Notes: generated by a model not told the origin, from the letters alone. Positions 1 through 14,315 are shown, numbered from the stretch's first letter. The stretch is DNA of 64,000 nt from Phoronis australis (GCA_002633005.1 NMRA01000009.1:1633858-1697857); one strand, 5' to 3'. Numbers and translations: made by a program.

Positions 1-345
1 TCGTGATCATCAAGGTGGATAAATACGGTCTAGTTCAATCTGCTAAACCCCACCGTTTACCCTCTGATAGGCGGGTTTGGGCCAATCTTATTTAGTGGGA
101 ATGTTTATAGCATGCATTATTATGCGATTCCAATATTTAACAAAATCCAAAGTCTCAGCAATACAGCGAAATTTATTTATTAGATCATGACGGAGGATTA
201 AGTAGATTTAAACGTCATTACTATAGGAAGATTTTACAGCATTTTCATAAATTCTCTGCCTGATCATGCTATAACTAATATGGCACCTACTAAATCATGC
301 ACTGTCTGGTTAGATGAAAATTGAGATTCTAAAAAGGGTACTTAC

Positions 346-527
346 TTGGCTAATGCCTTCTCAAGGAATGACACCCACAATTCACCCTTCTTACAGCCAG
401 CTCCCCACGGCTCCCCATGACTAACAGCTATAAAATCATCCATATATATGTCATGGAATCTTCCAAACTTCCACAATCTCACATGAACAACACCAGTATC
501 CTCATTGTAGGCATCTTCAGGAAAGAT
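346..527 (-). CDS. Calpain exon (not in ORF track)
   Basis: Encodes IFPEDAYNEDTGVVHVRLWKFGRFHDIYMDDFIAVSHGEPWGAGCKKGELWVSFLEKALAK; ttttag acceptor and gtaag donor. Confidence 0.9.
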
Positions 528-3500
528 CTAAAATCAAGGTAAAGTCATGAACGATTTTAACAGTAAACCAAAACATCACTCGAATTACAAACGACAACCA
601 AGAGGTTCTACAATCGTTTATGCTTCTTGAGCCATGAAAATAGATTGTATTGGCTTTTGTACACGGCCGACAAAGCCTAAATCTCTGACTGTTTCAAATA
701 ACTTGAGCTTCACCTATCATGATGGTGACAGTAGTACAGTGCATACCATGCCACCTACTGGAGCTTTTATTGTTAGACATTTGTGAGATATTTGCTATGG
801 ATTGTGGGAAACTGGTATATAATTTCAATCAGAATGAAAACAGCCATTGAATCCAATCAGAATGAAAACAGCCAGTGAAACCATAGAGAGAGAAACCATA
901 AAGAGATTAGAGCTGCGAGTCTTATGTTTATAAGTGACGAACTATGTTCACGACTGCGACAGACATGTTGTTTCCATCCCTGGCAAATGTAACCATTGTG
1001 CTCCAACTGGCGTCATTCACTCCCACCTGGGTGACACTTTCTATGGTCTGGATTAGGAGGACTTGCATTCTGCAAGACTGTGCTCTGGGATGGGATTTCT
1101 CCTAACTGTAAAAAGGTCACATCACCAAACTGCAACAGTTTATTTGATAGGTTACGGAGAGGGAGGAGTGCACTTACACCATCCGTAGAGTAGACACATT
1201 ACCTGTTTCATAATCTCTTCTTTATCAGCAATAACGGCCACAACAGACAGGAAGAAGCATGTGCCAGCAGAGCCCTGCTTAATGTCGAACCGATCAGTGA
1301 CACCTTTGAACAGTGCTACGTTCTTCATTATTTCCTGAGAGCAGAACAAGGTTGAATGTTAAACAAATTGAAAACCAGCAATGATGTTTCAATAAATAAA
1401 TGGTCTAAGGAACATCTAAATATAACAATTAAAGATACAATTTCCTTACATTGCAATGTTGATGTTTGACGCAATTTTGTGTGGTAGCAAATCTTGTAGT
1501 TTCAATACACATACGACAAAAAGTAACATATTTTAAGGGTAATCTAACCAGAAATAAAATTCAATAAATAGAAATGAAATGGTACCCTTGTTTAGGTTAT
1601 TATGTGTTCACAATTATATCGTTGCCAACATTCCAAAATGAAATCATTAGAATGCGGACTGTTCGGACTCCATGTACTCCAGTCAATAATGGGTACATAA
1701 CCATGGCTTGCAAATCGTGATGCGGGACAGAAAAGCATGGGAACGTTAAAAGCACTGGATTTTCATCTGGACTAACTGGTCAAAATACTAACTGGTCAAA
1801 AAACAAAAGCAATTTCATGTTTTTAAGCCAACTTTTATTGTATTTCTTTGGGGGAAAATGATTCTAACATAACTTTTAATGAGTAATCAAAATCACTAAA
1901 GTTTCAGGGCTCATACAGGATTGCAATTCATATCAGCCGCTGTTTCATTGCTGTAGTCATGAGGTAATTGCCCTGTGCCAAACAAAAGGAACTTTAGCAG
2001 CTCCGCGGCAGCCAATTTCCTGATGCCATTGTCTTTCGTTAAATTCAGTATAGATATCACAGTACTTGGTTGTCATAGTTTAACTGAGCAATAACTTTCT
2101 GGTTTCTATGTTGATTAAACCAATGTCTTGCTGTTGTCTGGCTCAGAAATCAAACGGGAGGTTTTTGTAACAAAGCGGGACACCTGGATCTAAGCACTAC
2201 TGCAAGGGGGAAATGTCCACAGCAACAAGCAGGAACACCATGCTCACAGCATTTTTAGTCATGCCAGTGAAATGGAACAATGAAATAGAGGTACATATAG
2301 TGTAGAAAAGCACGGAAACAGTGCATCAGTACATAAATATTCGTGTGGGTTGGTGATAGAAAAACTCACACATGGTCTATTCCACGTAACGTTAGAATCA
2401 GAAGCAACAGTCATTCCTTTTAAGGCCACTTGTTTAGTGAAGCTTTTGTCCACCCACTTTTCACCAGGGGGGACCTCTGGTTTCTCCATTAAATTGTCAG
2501 TATGGCCGGGATTACGTGGAACCGTTACCACATACTTCAGAAAGCCTAAAAAGAACAATGCTAACCTTAACCTAGATCCATGGAAACTGAAACTGTAGTA
2601 AACACACTTTCCATCATAAAAAACACTTTACAGTGTCATGAAATTGGTCTCAAAATGTTCCTCAATTATTATGAGTGTGATTTCTGGACTTGGAATGAAC
2701 TGACTGTTCGTTATTCTGTAAGCACGATCTTGGGGAATAACAAACTATCAGTAATTGGCAGGAGCAAAAATCTCTTCCTATATGAGTATGAAACAAATTG
2801 AGACCAATTCCATAGGATGGGTATCTTGCTGTTTAAAATATCTCACTTGGCTGTAGTTATCTCACATCTCCTCAGAAATGAAGTACTGGGAATATTGAAA
2901 CATGCAAATAATAACAAATTCCATTTTGAATCACAGAGATGAACATTGCAAGCTATCATAAAAATTTGGGTCAAATTTAGTTTGCATACATTTGCACAAC
3001 AAAACTTTTGCACTTGTGAATATACACAACTGATACTGATTTTAGAACCTTATCATATTACGCCACAGAGTGAACCAAAAATGGCAGCTACAGTGCCATC
3101 TTGTTTTTGACTTCTATCATAAACATCACACGAGCTGACCGAAAGAATTTCTAACAGAACAAAGAACTTGGCAAAATTTCCCTTATCTAAGTAAAAGTGC
3201 CTATAACTTTCCTACCAGTCAAATGTTCATGGTCTTCAGCAAAGTGTGGAGAAACATTCTGTGCATCATCGTCAGCATCAGGCTCCACCGTGAGATCATT
3301 TGGCACATCACTCAAATCCTGATTTAGGAGATAAGGGCTGTTGTCCTCAGGTGGTGCTGGCGGAGAAGGTAACTCTTTTTTCTCCTGCAGTGTTTCCACC
3401 AGATACTTGTCCTTTAACTTGATAAGTTCATCATCCTCAGACCAGGTAAAGTTATACAAATCTGGGTCAATACTATCAATTAACGACTCAGGCGTGATAT

Positions 3501-3684
3501 CGTTAATGGTGATGTTATCGTGAACTATATTCTGGTGCTTGTGACCGCCAGACTGAGTGGTCGCTGTTTCGCATCCATGATAAGGCCCACTCCCAGCCTG
3601 TGTGGTTTCCCAGTCTCGTCCACCAGAATCCCCGCACCCAACAGTCTGTTGAGGGGGAGCTGCTGTACTACCTCCACACCCCAT
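346..3684 (-). CDS. Calpain-family cysteine protease (CysPc domain), 5' coding exons; gene continues beyond the window start
   Basis: Exons 3684-3216, 2545-2370, 1334-1203 and 527-346 have GT-AG borders and compatible phases (1,0,0,2). The product contains the calpain PC1 motifs WVDKSF..TWNRP, DIKQGSAGTCFFLSVVA (catalytic Cys, cf. QGxLGDCW), GVVHVRLWKFGRFHDIYMDD and ELWVSFLEKALAK. It begins MGCGGS. Confidence 0.9.
1203..1334 (-). CDS. Calpain exon carrying the catalytic cysteine
   Basis: Encodes EIMKNVALFKGVTDRFDIKQGSAGTCFFLSVVAVIADKEEIMKQ with AG/GT borders. Confidence 0.9.
3216..3684 (-). CDS. Calpain first coding exon (lipidation motif plus acidic linker)
   Basis: ATG at 3684 and donor G|GTAGGA at 3215. 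An upstream acceptor (cttctttcagcttcag, about 3718-3730) implies a non-coding exon further upstream. Confidence 0.8.
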
Positions 3685-5110
3685 CAAGAAGGCGGAAATT
3701 TACAGCACAGCATTCACTGAAGCTGAAAGAAGCACAGTGTATATGTAGGTACCGGAATGTTGCGAACAATCCAGGAATCTTACACAAACATCATGTAGGA
3801 CAAAGGAACTCCCACATCAGAAGCTGAATTATTTATTAAGTTAGTAGACATACATAAATCCCACAAGAATTCTGTTTCATCATTTCAGCATGCAAAAAAT
3901 TTGCTATTAGTGCTACTTATGTTCAATAACAATTTTTTATGTTGCCAGGACCTTTAAATTCACTAGATACAGATGAACGTATTTAGATCGCGGCTAGTAT
4001 GTCCAAAATAATGCATTTTTTTCTAGAAAACTTTAATCAAATTTTGTGCAAGCAGGTGCATGTGCCTTAAATCTTCACAAATATCTGTTTGTTGAATATG
4101 TCAGTTTTTTCCATTTGTAATTCCTCGTAATTTTAAATATAGTTAGCATTAAATGATGCTGGTTAAGTTTTATCCACGGATTACTTAAGAAATGAGCTCC
4201 TCTGTTTTAAACACGTGTTTCGCATAGGGTTGCATGCATCTAATGCCCTTTATATTATACATTCTGACTTTTTGTATACAGCTTTAGCGCAGTATTTGCC
4301 TCATGTTCAGTTTGCTTGTTCAATTTTGAACTTCTTGGATTCGACACTGGTCTGAGGTTTGATTTGGCAACCTGTAGATCTCTTCTGCACCTCAGATCTT
4401 GTTTGGTGAACTCAGCACGATCTATTGGGCAAAGAGGGCGAAATTGGTATTGAGCACGCGAGACAGTCCTCTGTTCTGCTAACAAAGTGCTGTCCATTCA
4501 GCCAATCTCAGGTGCATTAGCGAATATTTGCCGAGTTAACCAGTTCTTCACTTTGAGGTAAACCTGGCTCGTTTTTTTCATTTACGGCATTTCATTTTTG
4601 GATTTTGCCAACTACTCATGGGACCAGTATATTTCCAAAAGCTAGATCCTCTACAGGAATTCTTGCAATGGGCCAGGGGACTTCAGCTCTCATTTAACAA
4701 CTACGAAATTTTTGTATGGAAAGTTGATGTTATATGCTGGAGCTCTACAGTTATTAATTTACGAGTTTTCACAAGGTTTTTGATAAAAGTGAGTACCAGG
4801 TAACACTCTGAAGGAGACAGAAACAACGGTGGTGTGCTGTAGTGGCAATCTAAGCCAGCACGGGCTGGAACTCTTGTCTTTATAGTCTTGAAAAAACCTG
4901 ATGGCATAGGTAATTAAGTTACTACTAATATTAACTTTGAAAAATGAGACACAGTGGCAGTCACAGGAATTGAATTAATTGTTCATATTATCTCTGAATA
5001 ACTTCCGAGGCTGCTTTTACTCAAGGCATTTACTGTTGTGCATGGGCGGCGCTAGCCAGCCAGCTAGCTGTATGAAGACTGTCGTCAAAATATACAGCTT
5101 TGTACCAAGG

Positions 5111-5258
5111 CTAGGGCGGCGCAGCACTGAAAAGATGTGGGGGGGGGGGGCTAAAGCCCCCTCAGCCCGCTCCTGTGGTGCACCGCCTATAGACCATGTG
5201 CGGGGTGACACTGAAAAAAGTGAAGCCCCCCAGGCCCCTATGGTGCGCCGCCCCCCTG
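5111..5258. mobile_element. Small hAT-like MITE remnant
   Basis: Inverted ends AGGGCGGCGCA / TGCGCCGCCCCCCTG with GC-rich G/C-run interior. The TSD is imperfect at best. Confidence 0.45.
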
Positions 5259-8200
5259 TTGTGTACGTGGTCTACTAATTGTAAATGTAAACAATGAAAC
5301 ATGTGCTTGGTAACCAATTCAAGTGTAACGCAGTGAGATTGCAACACCAGTGTTAGTGACGACTGTTCGTCGTCTGGCGTTTTGGCGACTGCTCTTCACT
5401 TTCGGGAACGTTAGTATACACTGACTTACTATTTGCCACGCAAAAAAGCGTAGGTAACGTCGAAAAATCCGAGTAAATCGAAACCACGAGCGTAGCGTAG
5501 ATCACACACAATCAATAATCAGTAGTGTTGTTGCACACCGTCAACAGGTGGCGAGACCGATGAGACATATAATAGCTTACATTTACTACGTTAGCCAACA
5601 CTGCGTGTACTAGTCGCTAACCGACTAGAGCGACGTCTTTCGTGAAAATGGCTTTATAGTTATATTTAGCCCATTGCGCTCTATCGAGTGGGCCTCGCTG
5701 GTTCCCTGCGAGTTCTATTTATTTTTGCAGTCTTAATACACAAGATAATTGTGTTTACTCTTATTCGTTATTTATTTACAAATTTTATTATTGTTGTACT
5801 ATATGTTTGTTTTTATCTATTCTTTATTGTTTATTTCAGTATTTATTTATTTTTGTTTATTCGCTATTACTTATTCACAGGCGGATTTGGGGGGAGGAGG
5901 GGCTGCCGACGTAGGATGAATATGCCTTAACTGCTGATAGTTGGATTTACGACAGCTCGGGAAAGCATCGTAAAAAACTACCCTACATGGACTGTGTATT
6001 CAATAGGCATCTTGGCTGTTTTATGGGGGCATACACGGCAGGTTTACTGGACTGCAGGCAGGAATTCTATCTCTTGCTGGTTTTCAAACCCCTACTCCTC
6101 TTGCCTCAAGTTTCATTCGCCACAACCCACCCCAAGATCTCTACCCATTTCAGATATCATCAGACACGATTGCTGGGGGTCGAGTGAATCAGTCCCAAAT
6201 AGCGATTCCACTATGTTCCCTAAAACTACTGCGTATTTGTAAGTTTTCTACTTTGAATTCTCAATATTATTGAAAATCAGTAGGGATCTTTTAATGCAAC
6301 GCCCCTAATTTAAGGACTAAGTCTCTAAATATTTTGACTGAACTAAGGGATCACTTTTTAGTTATATTATTAGAAAACGTCATAACATAAAAGAATCGAT
6401 CGTAATAAAGATAAAATGATACGAAAATATAAAAACTGTGAGTAAAGAACGAAAAAAATACCCAAACGATTTAGCAATTTAGTTGAGCACAGGCGAATTC
6501 AGGCTTAGGCCGCACTTCTTAAAAAATCATTGATCCGACCCCCGCCCTTTTAAAAAATCCTGTTGAGTCGATATTTGGGACAGTTTCATTTAACTGGGCA
6601 CAGACCTCCCTGCTTGAATCTAGAATGGAAAGGTAATAGCTAGCACTATAGTCTTAACAATGGCGGTTGTTATTACGGTACACCCAAATTGGTTGTCTTT
6701 GGCATTCGCACAGAGTTACAGCCTGCAACTGTGGAGAGTAATTTTAACTTGGTACATTTTAAATATTGCCCAATGACTAAAAAGGTTATTTGTTTTTACT
6801 TTGACAAAGGGCCACACCCCAAAGGAATGATGGTTTTAAATACGTTTCATACCGGTTTTCGTTATTTCATTTCTAATACTCCTGTGCACTTGTTTTTTCT
6901 TACCGGGAACGGGTTGATATCTTTTCATTTCATTTACTAAACTTGCAAAACAGTGGCAACAGCGAAATTTAATTAGTTTAGTTAATTGTGAACCCAGCCC
7001 TGAACTTTCCAGATAAGAGCTACACTACACATTTCACGGCAAACAAAACTACATGTGTCATTAGTTTAATCTTTATGAGAACTCAAACCAAAAAATATAT
7101 ACAAAAGTATAAATATGGTGATAGGCAAACTGAAGATTTGGAATCTTTGGACGATTTCGGTTGCACTGACTACATCACTGTTCTAGCTTTTTGTTAATCA
7201 TAAAAAGCTGAAGAGTGGGCACAAGTCAAGTGCAACTGTTTCCTAGTCAAAAATCTGGTTAAACGATACTGAAAGAATATTAAAAGAATAATCCATGTGA
7301 TATTGTTAACTCAGATCAGCGTTTGTAAATCCACCGGGTATATCAATAAGCACAGTCGTTATCTTCAATCCTAGTATTTAGCTTATTAGCTCATCGATTT
7401 TTAAAATCTAAAACCGTACTCGGTTGATTTTTCCAGCTGAATACCGCCGTGGTATTCGTTTTTAACGAAAATTATTGTTAATGCATTTGGACGTATATTA
7501 AAGGGAGGTGTGGTTTTGAGAAGAAACGAGATCACGTGCAGATTTGCAATGAGATAAATGTATGTATAGGTCATTGCATGGCACTTTTGGCGAAGTGAAC
7601 TTGCTTTTGCACCCATGCGTAAACTTAGATCACGTTCACATTGCACGTACATAAATTTAAATTAACAAGACCTCTGGAGCTAGGTGTTGTAATGTTAAAC
7701 ACTCTTGTGTATTCTTACCCCTTGCTTTATTATTTTGCGTTCATACGCCAAATATTCGCACCGCACGTAAATATACACTGGGATATAATCGCTATCATCA
7801 GGAACTTCCCGCTATCATGTAAAGGGCTTTAACATTATGCGTATACTGTACACACCCGACGTTTCATCTATTTCCACCCCACTTATGATGTACAGTGATT
7901 TATCATACGGTAAGTCAATCAGAAATGATGGATCATTTCAATTTGGAGCTGGGCAACAAAAAATATTTTGGCACACAATGGAAGAATCCTACCACGTCTT
8001 ATTTTCTGCCACTGGAATAAGGCAACACTATTTCAGCGATACCATTGGACTCCTGTGCTCTGGTGATACTCATCAGAAAACTGAAATAAAAAGTGGACGT
8101 GTTTTAAACAAAAAAATAACAGGAAGCTGTCACCTTTGTTGCCAGACTACAAGCTCACTGACAACCAACAGTGAAATTTCTTGTGGTTCTAGATCATAAA

Positions 8201-9539
8201 CCGTGACAAAAACATAGATAGTATTCCCCTTCAAAGAAACAAGCTTCCACAGGATTGAGTTTTAACTCAATGGGTTTACTATAACGGGTATCTTTAAAGG
8301 TGCAGTGAAGTGTGTAAATGTCACATATAATGGTAATTAGGCCAATGATATGACCTGAACAACAAAACAAGAATACTTTCACTTGACAAAAATTGCCAAG
8401 TAATTTTGCTAAATATAAACACCTCAAAACAAGAACAAAATGGTTTACTGTCAATAGTTTATTGTCACCAACATACTTATATGACATATACATGACCATA
8501 GAGAGGTTCAGCTATAAACAAAATTCTTTCAATAAGTCTTACTTTTGTCAATACAATTTATTTCAAAATTCAAAATTAAGAAGTAAAAAACAAAGCATAC
8601 ACGTTTTCTTAGGAAAAATGCAAAAACAACCAAAAATGTCAAGGCCATTTAACCTCAAACAAAAAGTCCTGTAGCACAAAATGTAAAAACATACAGGTAT
8701 ACGGAAAACATGAAGGTGTGCAGTCGTGACAGAGGTAGAAAAACCAGGTCAAAGCACCATTATGAGGGCTTTGCACTTAGCAATCACTAACAGTTCAAAG
8801 TGGTAACACAGAAATTTAAAAGTACAACTACAAGTTTTACTTTCCGAAAAAATAAAATTATGTGAGTCAGCTCTTTGCACATTGCCAACAATTACCCCAA
8901 CAGGCATTCAGGGCTCCATTTCATGAAACTATTTTAGTTTCAACTCAAGACAGGAATAACAATGCTGTCATCCCATTACATGTCACATTGCAACTGTTGA
9001 ACAATGCTGTTGACGTCATGCCAACAACCAATGTTAGACTTAAACTTTGATGAAACAGAGCCCAGGAACACAGCAGTCCACTTCAAGGTCTGTGTGTAAT
9101 TCGCCTTTAACCCTGCATGCTATCTTCATAAGACTAGGCACCAATGCCTAGCAACTCCACATCAAAGAACAGCGTCTGGTTTGGTTTAATAGTATGGAAA
9201 GTTAAGGCTCAACGCTGTACTGTCCTACACGTTCAATAGCAAAAAACAAGACAATTAGATGAGGATTGTTAACAGTTGAAACTTTACTAGCATGCAGTCT
9301 TGACTATTCAATTATGACACCAAGTAAGAGTTGGAGAGAGTTCATTTTTTGGTCTTTTCATGACTGTGCTCGACCATAAGCAATCCAACTAAAAAAACTG
9401 TGGAAAGATTGTGATGACAAGTATGAAAATGGGCCAGGAAATGATACAAGACGAACACAGGCATTAGGTCTGTTTTAAAGATTCATACGGTAGTGAACGT
9501 CAGATAACCAGACTCGTCCAAATTGATTTCAGCCAGGTT

Positions 9540-10330
9540 CTTGTAAACAGATTGTCTACTTTCATAAAATTTTATACCGATTCTTCCAATCGTCTGGCTG
9601 CTACAAAGGTGGATGCCAAAGACGGAATACAGAAAATTAAAAATACCACTAGGGGGTGCACAAGAGGTTGTAGCTGTGATCCACTGAGAAACTTGGTAGC
9701 TACAGAGGTAGGCACAAGTAGTCAGGTTCGTAAGTCAAGGTTAATAGCAACACACCCATCAAATTACAGGATGATCCTTTAAGAACTTAGTAGACATTGA
9801 GGCAAACACAAAAATAAAAACGGCACTAGGAAGCATAGCAATATTCAGATGCGTATGAAAATCAACATCAGCCGTGCTTTCCGTCACATATCATGACGAT
9901 ATTTCACTACACTAGGTACATACTAAGCCAAGCACAACTAGGGAGAAAAGCAGCTATCAGATTCCTCTGAAAAGCGACGGCTGTCACACTGTCATTAATA
10001 GGAACATAACCCCCCAGTTTCATAACAATCCTTCAAATTATTTGGCAGATGCAAAAATGCACAACAAAATTGCCACTAGTTGTGCACAATACGTCAGACC
10101 CATCCAAATGATTCAGGTGACATCCGACATTGATACCAAAATATCTACCAAGTTTCATAAATATTCTGAGGGACTTGGCAAATATCAATGAGAACACAGG
10201 AGACACAGCAGTCATCAAAGTCATCCAAAAGTTGTCCTCATATGTCATCAAGTGAACAGGAACATGTCTGCCAAATTTCAAGAAAATAAAAAAAATCATT
10301 GCAGGCAGTCTGGTACACATATATACCAGA
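9540..10330 (-). mobile_element. Degenerate Helentron-associated (HINE-like) tandem-repeat element, reverse orientation
   Basis: Recurrent CCACTAG / CCAAATTTCA motifs are the reverse complement of the subunits in the copies at 18050, 28461 and 34419. Confidence 0.55.
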
Positions 10331-10344
10331 CAAGCACAGGTCAC

Positions 10345-10509
10345 TCAGATGGGCCCATTAAACTGATCACCTAAACCCATGTTTATCCTTTACCAAGCTG
10401 AGGAGCTAGAGACCTGACTCAAGGGTCTAGCACTATGCCCCAATGGAACTCAAATGCACAACTTTGAGTAAAGGAAGCGGACATCTACACCACTAGACCA
10501 CACTGCCTC
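10345..10509 (-). mobile_element. tRNA-derived SINE, degraded
   Basis: The minus strand begins GAGGCAGTGTGGTCTAGTGGT (A box), followed by a decayed B box and a GACCCTTGAGTCAGG CORE-like block. Confidence 0.5.
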
Positions 10510-13212
10510 TTTTTAAATTTCGAGAAGGTTCTCCTATGAAATTAAGAAATACAGCTACGTATGCCAGACAGAGAAGACTACAGTATGTGCCAACAAACAT
10601 GTTGATAGGAGCATAAAACGACATACCATAACTTTTTTCCCGTCCGGAGAACAGTTGGCCAGGGGGTGTTCTAAGGTTTTAGTATTTGACCTAGTACACA
10701 CATGCTCTAAAACAAAAGGATATATTCCACCAGCTCCCTGAGAACCATAAGCATAGTCAGGTGAACACCTGATGATGGAACGCTGGCCCACCGACATCTG
10801 AAAAGATAGAATAGCACTCGTGTATAAGTTGAATGCCATCTGAAGTTGGCAGCTTAATGTGCTGAGCCACCTGTGGCGACATGTCTTCAAGGTTACGTAG
10901 GACCTTCTCGACAAGTCTATGTATTTAGCCCAATATTTGACTTTAAACTATACATTTTATGAATGCAGAAACACTGTAGAATTCAGTTTTTGACTTTTTG
11001 TCAATCTTCCATTCACTGGATCACGTGACCATGTCTTTTTAGAAAAAGTTAGTTAAAAAGAACATGACCTAATTTTGTTTGATATAAAGTTCAGGGTGAA
11101 ATGTCAAAAATGCTGTAATTATTTTCTAAAAACTCAGATATTAGATTCTAGGCCCAGGTTTCAAGTAAACATAAACGATTGTGACAAGGGTACAGGTGCA
11201 TCAAGATTTGATTGGAGCCCAAAAGAGTTGTTTGGGGCAAACAAATGGCAGGATTGATATTTGTCTAGATGTGTATGGATTGCTAACCTTTGAAACTCCT
11301 TCATCCCAACCTTTAATAACCTGGCCAACTCCAAGAGTGAACACAAACTCTCTGCCCTTCTTCCTGGATGAGTCGAAGACTTCAGATGGAGTTATCTGCT
11401 CATCAAAAGCACCTACAAGTGATCAACACAATAAAACTGAAGTTCTGAAAACTAAAAAATTCCGCAACACGAAGCTTCTGCAAGTCTAATGGTTAACCAT
11501 AAGCTCTGCCCAATGGGGCAATGTCAACACTAAAATAGGCCACAATACTGAGCAAACATTGGGGCACGCTTCAATATAACAGTAACACACATCTTATTGG
11601 GGTATGCCAAGAAGGCAAAAATTTATTTTGTCAATTCTTCAAAGAAAAATAAAGATTAAAATAATCTAGTCTTTCTTTTGCTTGGTTTGTATCACTAGAT
11701 GCCAGAAAACAACCTTTTGCCAAGTCTCTCCTATTGGCAGCTAAGTAATCAACCTTTAAAAAAATGAAAAATGACAATTTCAGGAATTGTTTTGTGTGAA
11801 ATAAGTAAAGAATGACTGTAGCACAATGCTCTCTACGATTCTGAAGTGTTTTTAAAATACCTACTATCCCATAGGATCCAGGAAGGGTCAAGGGGCTCCA
11901 TTCATGTGATCAGTGAACTTTATTTAGTCCAAAGTTTTATCAAAAGTACTTAAAAGAAGCTAACTGACCATACAAAAATGAATAAAAGGGTTCCACCACA
12001 AAACAAACCAAAGCAATACTTTTCAAATGACACTGCATGGTCTTTAAGGTTAGTTTGCCATCTGCGATTCTGATGCCTATGAAGTTTTATTGTTTCATAA
12101 CTTGGCTCCAGAGTGGATTAGCGGCCCTGCTTTCTGACACCACGTTTCCCTTCTTCTGTTACAAGCCATGTGTACTACACGACCAATTAAAACAAATGAA
12201 TCACCAAGCCTGAACACTTGAGAACGATTCAATTTTTCACTATTACACACTATTGTACATTTAAAAATGTCCTGGAACAAACTCAACAGAAATATGTTTA
12301 CCTGTGTAATGAACTCTGACTTTCTGACCATTTTTAGGGAAGGTCTCTGAAAAATTAACAAATTGTTAAGTCACTACAGAGGTTCGTAATTAGTCTATCC
12401 TACAGTACAAACCAAAAGTATTCGAACAAAATGACCCGAAATTCCCAGTGATGACGGGCAGAAGCTGCAATCATCGTTAGAGTAGTCTTCTCATGACTGG
12501 TTTGACTCTAGTGTGCAGACAATTAGTAACCACGTAACATTCCATTTTGGATAGCAGCTCAACTTGTTGACAAGGCAAGTGTGTAGAACTGCACGCTTGC
12601 GAGAAAGCTGTGGCATGATGTAAACTTTACAATGAGTAGAAATGCGCGAGTGATAGCTGCTGAATTCTGAATCAGAGAGTTGCTCAGCAACATAAATGTT
12701 TAAAAAACTCAGATGTTTTTATGCTTGGGATGTTTATATCGAGTCCCTGTGACTCAATGAAGTGTTCCACGCTAAGGTATGCATGGGCTTTTTGGGAAGA
12801 ATGGAAGAATTTTGTGCTTCGACTGCAAATTTGTTGTGAACTCACTGGAGAAGCACACCGTAAATGCAGTCAGAAGAAAGAACAATTGCTGTTTGCCGAA
12901 CCCATTTTGCGTAAATTTATTGAGCTTGTGTTCGATATGGATGGCTGAAGTTAAGCACCTGTGGAATTCCTTGTCCCGAGTGACATACCTTGTAGCATAT
13001 ATAGTGTATTGGGCACGATCAGTAACTGAGGACGCCTGTGAGTTGCAGAAGCAAGAGAGTGGTGGGAGGTAGAGTCACATGTGTCAGACTTGCATTAAAA
13101 CAAAGTTGTGTCTAGGAATCGGTGTAATTACATAACACAGAAATTCACTCATATTTGTTTCACAAATACATAAACAGATGAAAATGGCAGTACTTCATAA
13201 AAATAAGTATAA

Positions 13213-14315
13213 TGTTGTAAGTGTGCTTCCAGTGATATGTGCCTATGACAAAGGCTTTGTTACCCACTCTGCTGGTTAGCTAGGCAATGACCATCGCCTC
13301 TGTTGGCCAGACCAGAGGCGATGGAGCGCCTATAGGAGCTGCATCGCCTCTGGTCTGGCCGGAAGCTTTTCGGCGAATTATACCTCGCACCGACTAAAAC
13401 ATCAAAGTCACATTGTTATAAATACCTTTTGCGCATAGAGGAACACCTTAGGAGGTTGTTGATGTGTTTAATTCCTTCCAACTCGAACAAATACTCCAGT
13501 TATCAAACTTTTTCTTCGAGCAGTCCCTATTTCAGTTCCCAAAATCGTGAACTCACCATTTACTCGGTGCACGCCAAGACTGAGATACGACTTCATTCTT
13601 TTAACCAGGCCGAAGGTCAGAAGTTACGGTCCTACCGGTGAACTTTGAAAGCTGAAGTCCCCGCCCTCTGCGTACGTGCTGCCGGGAACCAACCGTGCAT
13701 TTGTCGTGTTGTTAAACATTAAAATGTCAAATATCTGCACAAAGACTATTAAATGTCATATGAACAGCATTTATTTTTATCAAATACAAACAATAATTCA
13801 TTGAAATACAATCAGTTTCAAGTAACGCCAATTAAAGACAAGTAGTGGTGGCATTTTGGAAACGAACATTTGACTGACGAGACCGCAATGGCTCACCTTT
13901 AGCCTGTTTAAAGATTGAGGTCATGAAGTAACATCACCTAGCGAGCGCGGTAAATATTGGAGTGTGCAGTATAAAAATGGTGAGTTCACAATTTTGGGAA
14001 CTGAACGAGTGACTGCTCGAACAAAAAAATCGACAATGAAAGTATTTGTTCGAGTTGGAAGGAATTAAACACACCGACAACCTCCTACTGTGTCCCTCCA
14101 TGCGCAAAAGGTATTTATAACGTGACTTTCATGCTTTAGCCAGTGCGAAGCTTAATTCGCCGAAAAACTTCCGGCGTATGGAGCGCCTATATTATAGCCT
14201 AGGACCTGCATCGCCTCTGGTCGGGCCAACACTCAACAGAGGCGATGGTCATTGCCTACTGGTTAGCACGCTTGCAGGTTGGATTCCCGGGTCGGGTAAT
14301 CTCAGATATTGCTGC
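13213..14315 (+). repeat. Copy of the tRNA-box LTR-like repeat, split by the AcademH-like MITE
   Basis: TGTTGTAAGTGTGCTTCC...CTGGTTAGC lies left of the insertion and ACGCTTGCAGGTTGGATTCCCGGGTCGGGTAATC right of it; together they match the copies at 15109 and 57855. Confidence 0.65.
13281..14258. mobile_element. Non-autonomous AcademH-like DNA transposon (978 bp)
   Basis: Perfect 25-bp TIR TAGGCAATGACCATCGCCTCTGTTG...CAACAGAGGCGATGGTCATTGCCTA. Further imperfect inverted arms at about 13360-13580 and 13975-14175. Exact 9-bp TSD CTGGTTAGC at 13272-13280 and 14259-14267. TAG termini with a 9-bp TSD fit AcademH. Confidence 0.85.

Noticed and set aside
1027-1105. Possible extra calpain cassette exon
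   Set aside because: It has AG/GT-like borders, but the flanking exons join in frame to give a normal CysPc sequence, and the peptide has no calpain similarity.
5688-5930. Hydrophobic 80-aa ORF resembling a membrane protein
   Set aside because: Arises from TTTA-rich low-complexity DNA.
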